From Nitrospirales bacterium (lineage in GTDB: Bacteria > Nitrospirota > Nitrospiria > Nitrospirales > NS-4): a stretch of 52,864 nucleotides of DNA. The stretch lies in the NCBI GenBank assembly GCA_036005325.1, contig DASYQR010000130.1, positions 1 through 52,864 on the forward strand. The letters are read 5' to 3'. Below the pieces are notes generated by a model. It saw only the letters and a list, made by a program, of their open reading frames with translations, searched no databases and had not been told where the DNA came from. Positions 46,444-52,864 of this stretch are shown piece by piece (position 1 is the stretch's first letter; each line of letters opens with the position of its first letter). The translations under genes and the position numbers were made by a program.

Positions 46444-48188
46444 TGCAATTGTACCTGCGATTGCTCCAGTTCCTCCGGCTCTACTGGGGACGGTTGGTGG
46501 CTGCGGCCATCTGCTCGGGGCTGGTGGCGGCCTTTACGGGCGCCTATGCCTGGCTCGTGCGGCCCGCTATTGACGAGGTCTTCATCAACAGGAACGAGAC
46601 ATGGCTGATCCTATTACCGGTCGTTTTGATGGCTGTGTCAGTGCTCAAGGGCGTGGCCAGTTATGGACAGACCTACCTCATGGTCTATGTCGGCACCCGC
46701 GTGGTCACGGACATCCGCCAGCAGCTCTTCGGTCATCTCATGCGTCTTCCGATAAGCTTTCACCTCAAAAACCCGTCCAGCCGGATGATGTCTCGCGTCA
46801 TTAACGATGTGAACTGGATTCAAAATGCGGTGTCCGGTGTGTTGAAGGACCTGTTCCAGCAAAGCTTGACGTTTCTGGTTCTGCTGGGTGTGGTGTTCTA
46901 TCAGAACTGGCGGCTGACCCTACTCTCAATTGTAGTGATTCCCCTCTCGGTGTATCCCATGGTCCGGTTCGGGGCTCGGCTCCGGCGGCTGGCCACGACC
47001 GGCCAGGAGCGGACAGCCGATATGTCCACGGCCCTGCAGGAGACGCTGACCGGCATCCGCATCGTCAAGGGCTTCACGCGTGAGGCCGCCGAAGATCGGC
47101 GCTTCGCGCGAGTCAATGAGGCGTATTTCCGCGCCTGGATGAAATCCACGCAGGTGTCCGCCTTCACCTCGCCGGTGCTGGAGACGGTCGGCGTTCTTGG
47201 CGTGGCCGGCATCATCTGGTATGGAGGGTGGCAGGTCATGCACGGGACGATGACCTCCGGGACATTTTTCTCGTTCCTCACGGCGGTGTTTCTGATGTAT
47301 AACCCGGTGAAGCGGTTAGCCTCGGCCAACAACTCGATCCAGCAAGCCCTGTCTGCCGCCGAACGCGTCTTTGCGGTTCTGGATGTTCCTACTGAAGCCG
47401 CGCAGGATACCGGCGTCCGGGACCTCGACGGCGTACGGTCCGCCATCGAGCTGCGGGACGTCTCGTTCCGGTACGAAGGCGTTGAGACCTGGGCCTTGCA
47501 GGATATCTCGCTGACGGTCAAAGCCGGCGAAGTGCTGGCTCTCGTGGGGAGCAGCGGCGCCGGCAAGACCACGCTCGTCAATCTCATCCCCCGGTTTTAT
47601 GATCCGACGAAAGGCGCAATCCTCATCGACGGGGTGGACCTCCGCGAGATCCGTCTGGCGGCGCTTCGGCGTCAGATCGGGATCGTGTCCCAGGAGACGC
47701 TTCTGTTCGATGACACGGTGCGCCACAACATCGCTTACGGCAGGGACGACGTCACCGACGACGCGATCATCGAGGCGGCGCGGGCGGCCTATGCCCATGA
47801 CTTCATCATGCGGATGCCGAACGGGTACGACACGCTCATTGGAGAGAACGGAGTCAAGCTCTCGGGCGGCGAGCGGCAGCGGTTAGCCATCGCGCGGGCC
47901 TTGTTGCGAAACCCGCCGATTCTAATCCTTGACGAGGCCACTTCCTCGCTGGACACGGAATCCGAGCGCATGGTCCAGATGGCGCTGGCCAATCTCATGA
48001 AAGGCCGGACGACGTTCGTGATCGCGCACCGGCTTTCGACGGTCCAGCGCGCGAGCCGGATCGTCGTGCTGGCCGGTGGCCGCATCGTCGAAATCGGCCG
48101 TCATGAAGACCTGCTCGCCGGGGCCGGGACCTACCAGCGCCTCTATCAGATGCAGTTTCAGAACGGCGGTGAGGATATGCCGACATGA
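46443..48188 (+). CDS. msbA: Lipid A export ABC transporter MsbA-like
   Basis: Start trimmed to MQLYLRLLQFL (TGATG overlap with lpxB). Six-TM domain, GSSGAGKTT, LSGGERQRLAIARA. Confidence 0.9.
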   Translation: MQLYLRLLQFLRLYWGRLVAAAICSGLVAAFTGAYAWLVRPAIDEVFINRNETWLILLPVVLMAVSVLKGVASYGQTYLMVYVGTRVVTDIRQQLFGHLMRLPISFHLKNPSSRMMSRVINDVNWIQNAVSGVLKDLFQQSLTFLVLLGVVFYQNWRLTLLSIVVIPLSVYPMVRFGARLRRLATTGQERTADMSTALQETLTGIRIVKGFTREAAEDRRFARVNEAYFRAWMKSTQVSAFTSPVLETVGVLGVAGIIWYGGWQVMHGTMTSGTFFSFLTAVFLMYNPVKRLASANNSIQQALSAAERVFAVLDVPTEAAQDTGVRDLDGVRSAIELRDVSFRYEGVETWALQDISLTVKAGEVLALVGSSGAGKTTLVNLIPRFYDPTKGAILIDGVDLREIRLAALRRQIGIVSQETLLFDDTVRHNIAYGRDDVTDDAIIEAARAAYAHDFIMRMPNGYDTLIGENGVKLSGGERQRLAIARALLRNPPILILDEATSSLDTESERMVQMALANLMKGRTTFVIAHRLSTVQRASRIVVLAGGRIVEIGRHEDLLAGAGTYQRLYQMQFQNGGEDMPT

Positions 48189-48840
48189 CGATGGCGAGCC
48201 GGTTGAAGCTATGGCTCCTTCCGCCGATCGGCTATGCGGCGATCCGGACGCTGGGGCGGACGTTGCGAATCCGCACGCTGCATGTCGATCGCATCAGCGC
48301 CTTCTGGAAAACGGGCCGTCCCGTCATTGTCGCCTTCTGGCATGGCCGCCAGCTCATGCTGCCCTTAGGCTACCGCGGGTCCCGCCTGTACATTCTGATC
48401 AGCGAGCATCGCGACGGGGAATTGATTCACCGCATCATGCGGTGGTTCGGCTTTGACACCGTTCGGGGCTCCAGCACCCGCGGCGGCGTACGGGCGTTGC
48501 GGCAGTTGGTGCGGCTGGGGCGGTCCGGCGCCGCTCTGGCGGTTACCCCCGACGGCCCGCGGGGCCCCCGGTGCGTCGCGCAGGCCGGCGTGGTGGAACT
48601 GGCGAAGCTGACGGGCCTGCCGATCCTTCCCTTCACCTTCGCCGCCTCAAAAAAAAACTCTTCGGGAGCTGGGACCGCTTCGAAGTCCCGCTGCCGTTCA
48701 GCCAGGCCTGCTATGCGTGGGGAGAGCCGATCTGGGTGCCGACCGATGCGGACCGCGCGCAGCTTGAGGCGAAGCGGGTGGAAGTGGAAGCGGCGCTCAA
48801 CAAACTCGGTGATGAGGCGGATCGCTCGGTAAAGGGATGA
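48185..48840 (+). pseudogene. DUF374-family (lysophospholipid acyltransferase-like) gene interrupted by a frameshift in an A9 run
   Basis: Frame 1 reads ..VAFWHGRQLMLP..ISEHRDGELI..AVTPDGPRGP..LPFTFAASKK, then becomes junk. The -1 frame continues KKLFGSWDRFEVPLPFSQACYAWGEPIWV.. and ends in an ATGA overlap with waaA. The switch point is A9 at 48649..48657. Confidence 0.8.
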
Positions 48841-50180
48841 GCGCCGGGTCGGAGAGCGAAGAACGCCTCATGTTCGGCCTCTACAACTTTCTCCTCGTGC
48901 TCGCCTCGCCTGTCATCCTGGCTCTGCTCTGGGCCAAGAAGCGCTGCCGTCCAGGCCTGCGCCAGCGCCTGGGGTGGCTTCCCAAGGACTTGACTGCCGA
49001 ATGGAGAGACGGCCGGACGATCTGGGTGCATGCCGTGTCGATGGGGGAAGCGACGGCGGTTGTACCCTTGGTTCAGCAGTTGAAAGCACGCTATCCCGAC
49101 GCCCGGATCCTGGTGTCGACCGTGACCGAGACCGGCAAGGAGACGGTCCTGCGTCGGCTGACAGAGCAGGCGCAGCATCTCTACTTCCCGCTGGATTTTC
49201 CTTGGGCGGTCCGGTCCGTGCTCCAGGCGACTCGTCCGCGTCTGATCGTCGTGGTCGAAACGGAACTGTGGCCGAACTTTCTGCGTGAAGCGGCGGTACG
49301 CGGAATCCCAGTGGTCCTGGTGAACGGCCGTCTGTCGACCGACTCTTTCGCCGGGTATCTCCGGCTCCGTCCGTTTTTCCGACGCGTCCTGGCATCGTTC
49401 ACGCTCTGTTCCATGCAGACTGAGCGGGATGTGGACCGGATGATCCAGCTCGGCGTGGAGCCGGCGCGGGTCGTGCGGACCGGCAACCTCAAGTACGATC
49501 AGGTCGCGGCCTTGACGCAGGCTGCACCGGGCCAGATTGCCAAGCACGATCTGGGTCTGACGGAAGGGGAAGAGCTGTTCGTCGCGGGCAGCACGCATCC
49601 GGGTGAAGAGGAGGCGGTCTTGGACTGTTACCGCCGCCTGCTCGACGTTGCGCCCGCGCTGGTCCTGGTGCTGGCTCCTCGGCATATCGAACGGGCGGAG
49701 GTTGTGTGCCAGGTGGTGCGTGCGCGCGGTCTCGAAGCCGTTCGGCGAACGTCGTTATCCCACATGACGGGTCAGAGATCGCGCGGTCCACGCGTGATCG
49801 TGCTGGATACAAGGGGCGAGTTGGCGTCTTTGTACCGAGAGGCCACGCTGGTCTTTGTGGGCGGCAGTCTGATTGCGTTGGGCGGCCACAGTCCTTTGGA
49901 GCCAGCAGCCTGGGGCAAGGCCCCCGTCTTCGGTCCCCACATGGACCATTTTGCTGAAGCGGCGGAGTTGTTGCTCGGTCGGGGAGCCGGACTGCAAGTG
50001 CGCGATGCTGACGAGATGACCGACGCCATGACGGCTCTGCTCAAGGACCGCGCCCGTCTTGAGGAAAGAGGGAAGGCCGCCTATCAGCTCGTCCTAGAGA
50101 ACCAGGGAGCCGTGGCGCGAACCGTAGCCTTGATCGCACAGGTTCTCGGGAAAGGGTCATGGAGTACCTGCTCTCGATAG
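48837..50180 (+). CDS. waaA: 3-deoxy-D-manno-octulosonic acid (Kdo) transferase
   Basis: WVHAVSMGEATAVVPLV.., ELWPNFL, FVGGSL..GGHSPLEPAA. Confidence 0.93.
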   Translation: MSAGSESEERLMFGLYNFLLVLASPVILALLWAKKRCRPGLRQRLGWLPKDLTAEWRDGRTIWVHAVSMGEATAVVPLVQQLKARYPDARILVSTVTETGKETVLRRLTEQAQHLYFPLDFPWAVRSVLQATRPRLIVVVETELWPNFLREAAVRGIPVVLVNGRLSTDSFAGYLRLRPFFRRVLASFTLCSMQTERDVDRMIQLGVEPARVVRTGNLKYDQVAALTQAAPGQIAKHDLGLTEGEELFVAGSTHPGEEEAVLDCYRRLLDVAPALVLVLAPRHIERAEVVCQVVRARGLEAVRRTSLSHMTGQRSRGPRVIVLDTRGELASLYREATLVFVGGSLIALGGHSPLEPAAWGKAPVFGPHMDHFAEAAELLLGRGAGLQVRDADEMTDAMTALLKDRARLEERGKAAYQLVLENQGAVARTVALIAQVLGKGSWSTCSR

Positions 50181-51238
50181 AAGGTCGGTCTCCCTGGGGA
50201 TGGGCGCTTGCTCCGCTGATCCCGCTGGCCTCTATGTATGGTCTTGTCATGCGCGCCAGATCAGCGCTCTACGCGCACGGCCTGCTGCCCCAACAGGCTC
50301 TGCCCTGTCGGGTCATTAGCATCGGAAATCTGACGGTGGGGGGGACCGGCAAGACTCCGGTGGTGATCGCGCTGGCCACGGCGCTCAGGGACCGTGGCCG
50401 CCGGGTTGGGGTCGTGAGTCGCGGCTATAAGCGCCGGAGCGCGGATCCTCTCGTGGAGGTCTCCGACGGCCAGGTCGTACGGGGACATCCGAGCGAGACT
50501 GGAGACGAGCCTTTTCTGATCGCGCAGCGGTGTCCGGGCGTGCCGGTGGCGGTCGGCGCCGACCGTCCGCTCGTGGGACGGCACCTGATCGATCGCTATG
50601 GTGTGGATACGCTGATCCTGGATGACGGGTATCAACACCTGGCGCTGCAACGGGACGTGAATATCCTGGTTCTGGATGCCGGTGCTCCGTTCGGCAACGG
50701 CTATTTGCTTCCGAGGGGACGGCTCCGCGAACCGCTCGCATCAATAGCGCGAGCTTCGGCGGTGCTCGTAACACGCGCGTCGCAGAGCGGGTATCTTGAT
50801 GAGATCAAGTCGGTAGTGCATGCAGAGGCGCCGGCGGTGCCGATCTGGGTCACGGATTTTGTGCCGAGCGCAGTCACGCGCGTCGGGGGATCGGCCACGG
50901 TGGAGCCGTCGGTGTTGAAAGGGGAACGGGTGCTGGCCCTAAGCGGGATCGGACATCCGGGTTCGTTTCAACGACTGTTGGTCGCCGCCGGGGCGACGGT
51001 GACGGACCATTGCGTCTTTCCCGACCATCACGCATACTCTCAGGAAGATGTGTTATCCGTACAGCGGACCGCGGAGCGCCTGGGTGTGGACCGCATCGTG
51101 ACCACTGAGAAGGATGCGGTCAAGTTGGCGGAATTTGAGAAAGCCCAAGGCGGCCAGGGAACGATCTGGGCGGTCCGGATTGATCTGATATGGCTTGAGG
51201 GATTGGAGGAATGGACGCGCGTCGTGTTGCAAGGCTGA
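50159..51238 (+). CDS. lpxK: Tetraacyldisaccharide 4'-kinase LpxK
   Basis: VISIGNLTVGGTGKTPVV P-loop, ILDDGYQH. Confidence 0.92.
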   Translation: MEYLLSIEGRSPWGWALAPLIPLASMYGLVMRARSALYAHGLLPQQALPCRVISIGNLTVGGTGKTPVVIALATALRDRGRRVGVVSRGYKRRSADPLVEVSDGQVVRGHPSETGDEPFLIAQRCPGVPVAVGADRPLVGRHLIDRYGVDTLILDDGYQHLALQRDVNILVLDAGAPFGNGYLLPRGRLREPLASIARASAVLVTRASQSGYLDEIKSVVHAEAPAVPIWVTDFVPSAVTRVGGSATVEPSVLKGERVLALSGIGHPGSFQRLLVAAGATVTDHCVFPDHHAYSQEDVLSVQRTAERLGVDRIVTTEKDAVKLAEFEKAQGGQGTIWAVRIDLIWLEGLEEWTRVVLQG

Positions 51239-52864
51239 TGCGGCCGGGGGCGGTGAAACGCATCCTGGTGCGGGGGACGAACTGGATCGGCGACGCGGTC
51301 TTGACCACGCCGGCGCTGGCGGCCCTGCGCGCGGGCTTTCCGCAGGCGAAGATTGCCGTACTGGTCAAGCCCGCGATCGCCGAGCTTTTGGCGGGCCATC
51401 CGGCCGTGGACGAGATCGTGCTGTACCGCGATCCGGGACCGCACGCCGGGCTCGGCGGCAAGCTGTCCCTGACGCGCCAGTTGAGCCGAGGGCGCTATGA
51501 TCTGGCGGTGCTGTTCCAGAACGCCTTCGAGGCCGCGGTCCTCACTGCACTGGCCGGCATTCCCAACCGCTACGGCTACGCCACTGATGGCCGCTCGTTT
51601 TTGCTCACCCATCGGGTGCCGCTGACCCCGAAGATCCGGCGCAAACACCAAGTACAGTACTACCTGGAGCTGCTCCGGCCTCTGGGCATCCCGGTCGTGC
51701 CGACGACTCCGATGTTGCGAACGACGCCGGGAGAAGATGCGGCAGTGGTTGAGCAACTGCACGCGTTCGGTGTTAAGCCCGATCAAGTCGTGATCGGCCT
51801 CAATCCTGGTTCCGTCTACGGCTCGGCCAAACGCTGGCTCCCGGAGCGCTTCGCCCAGGTGGCGGACCGTCTGGCGGCCGACCATGGGGCCTGCGTACTG
51901 GTCTTCGGGGGCCGGGGCGAGGAGGAGTTGGGCCACGCGATCGCCGACATGATGACGGCTTCGACCATCGTACTCTCCGGACACACGACGGTACGGCAGT
52001 TGATGGCCTTGATCAAGCGGTGTCGGCTGTTTCTCACGAACGACACCGGCCCCATGCACATCGCGGCGGCGTTCGGCGTGCCGCTGGTGGCAATCTTCGG
52101 GCCGACCAACCCGGCGACCACGTCGCCCTACGGTTCCGGACACGAACTCGCCCGCCATCCGGTGGAGTGCTCGCCGTGTCTGCTCCGGGAATGCCCTATT
52201 GACCACCGCTGCATGCAGGGGATTAGTGTGGAGATGGTCCACGCGGCAGCCGTCCGGCAGCTTGCCAGGCAGAATACGGCCGGCGCGAACCAGTCATCGT
52301 TCAGCAGTCATCCTTCAAAAGGGAAGGCGCCGGTGGTCTATCTGGACCGCGATGGGACGCTCAACTTTGATCCCGGCTATCTGAGTCAGCCTGACCAGCT
52401 CAGCCTTCTGCCGGGAGTCGGACGGGCCGTGGCGCGTTTGAACCGGGCCGGCTTTAAGACGGTCGTGGTGTCCAATCAGTCGGGAGTGAGCAGGAGGCTC
52501 ATCACGAAGGAGCAATTGGACGCCGTCCATCAACGGCTGCGCGAGTTGCTGGCCCAGGACGGCGCCTGGCTGGATGGGATCTATGTCTGCACGCACCTGC
52601 CCGAGGAAGCCTGCTCCTGCCGCAAGCCCGCGCCCGGCCTGGTGATCCGTGCGCAGCAGGAATTGGGCCTGGCATCGGACCATGCAATCGTGGTCGGAGA
52701 TAAGGCCAGTGACATGGAATTGGCGCGGAACATCGGTGCGACGGCGGTCTTTGTGTTGAGCGGGAATCATTCAGAGGAAGAGCAGGCCCGCATCGCCGAC
52801 TGCGGCCTCGTGCCGGACCATGTGGCCCGCGATCTGACGGAAGCGGTGAAGTGGATTCTGGAGA
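51238..52864 (+). CDS. In-frame fusion of an ADP-heptose:LPS heptosyltransferase (GT9, WaaF-like) with D,D-heptose-1,7-bisphosphate phosphatase GmhB; 3' end outside the window
   Basis: Manual translation with no stop from 51238 to 52864; absent from the ORF track because it is open-ended. N-terminal part: KRILVRGTNWIGDAVLTTPALAAL.., NDTGPMHIAAAFGVPLVAIFGPT. A roughly 25-aa linker follows. C-terminal part: VVYLDRDGTLN.., VVSNQSG, CSCRKPAPG, VVGDKASD. Confidence 0.85.
   Translation, partial: MRPGAVKRILVRGTNWIGDAVLTTPALAALRAGFPQAKIAVLVKPAIAELLAGHPAVDEIVLYRDPGPHAGLGGKLSLTRQLSRGRYDLAVLFQNAFEAAVLTALAGIPNRYGYATDGRSFLLTHRVPLTPKIRRKHQVQYYLELLRPLGIPVVPTTPMLRTTPGEDAAVVEQLHAFGVKPDQVVIGLNPGSVYGSAKRWLPERFAQVADRLAADHGACVLVFGGRGEEELGHAIADMMTASTIVLSGHTTVRQLMALIKRCRLFLTNDTGPMHIAAAFGVPLVAIFGPTNPATTSPYGSGHELARHPVECSPCLLRECPIDHRCMQGISVEMVHAAAVRQLARQNTAGANQSSFSSHPSKGKAPVVYLDRDGTLNFDPGYLSQPDQLSLLPGVGRAVARLNRAGFKTVVVSNQSGVSRRLITKEQLDAVHQRLRELLAQDGAWLDGIYVCTHLPEEACSCRKPAPGLVIRAQQELGLASDHAIVVGDKASDMELARNIGATAVFVLSGNHSEEEQARIADCGLVPDHVARDLTEAVKWILE

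Overview
GC-rich bacterial chromosomal segment, about 50 genes. Gene content (Gram-negative envelope and LPS genes together with a Pup-type proteasome cluster) suggests Nitrospirota (Nitrospira or Leptospirillum-like); that assignment is inference only.

Most of the window is conserved housekeeping:
- ffh-rpsP-KH-rimM-trmD-rplS-rnhB-yraN
- ftsE-ftsX-envC-ctpA
- groES-groEL
- thiS-thiG-thiE
- mpa-dop-prcB-prcA-pafA
- thiL-lon-galU on the minus strand
- a long envelope/LPS cluster: bamA-skp-fabZ-lpxA-lpxI-oxidoreductase-lpxB-msbA-DUF374-waaA-lpxK-waaF/gmhB

The unusual part is the first ~8.9 kb. It is a patchy, lower-GC island of small envelope or stress-type genes: PepSY, DUF1328, YtxH, DUF5329, lipoproteins, small membrane and zinc-ribbon ORFs.
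- Nearly every transcription unit there has its own copy of one conserved module: a 16-bp dyad, consensus TGAGCAATTGTGAACA, followed in seven of nine copies by a -10-like hexamer, six of them with an extended TGnTAnnnT -10, placed 21-22 nt downstream.
- There are nine copies, all between 844 and 8160.
- The last copy abuts a Crp/Fnr-family regulator gene.
- The geometry puts the dyad centre at about -41.5, the classic Class II activator position. I read this as a compact, previously undescribed regulon.

Other points:
- No pup/UBact ORF fits inside the tightly packed proteasome cluster.
- The DUF374 gene is frameshifted at an A9 run.
- An in-frame WaaF-GmhB fusion is open at the window end and absent from the ORF track.
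- ThiS carries a 7-aa tail after its GG.
- A 178-nt intergenic element is closed by 18-nt inverted repeats.
- The DUF1328 gene (55 aa) and several small ORFs are below the ORF-track cutoff.
- Many long antisense ORFs in the track are GC-driven shadows of real genes.
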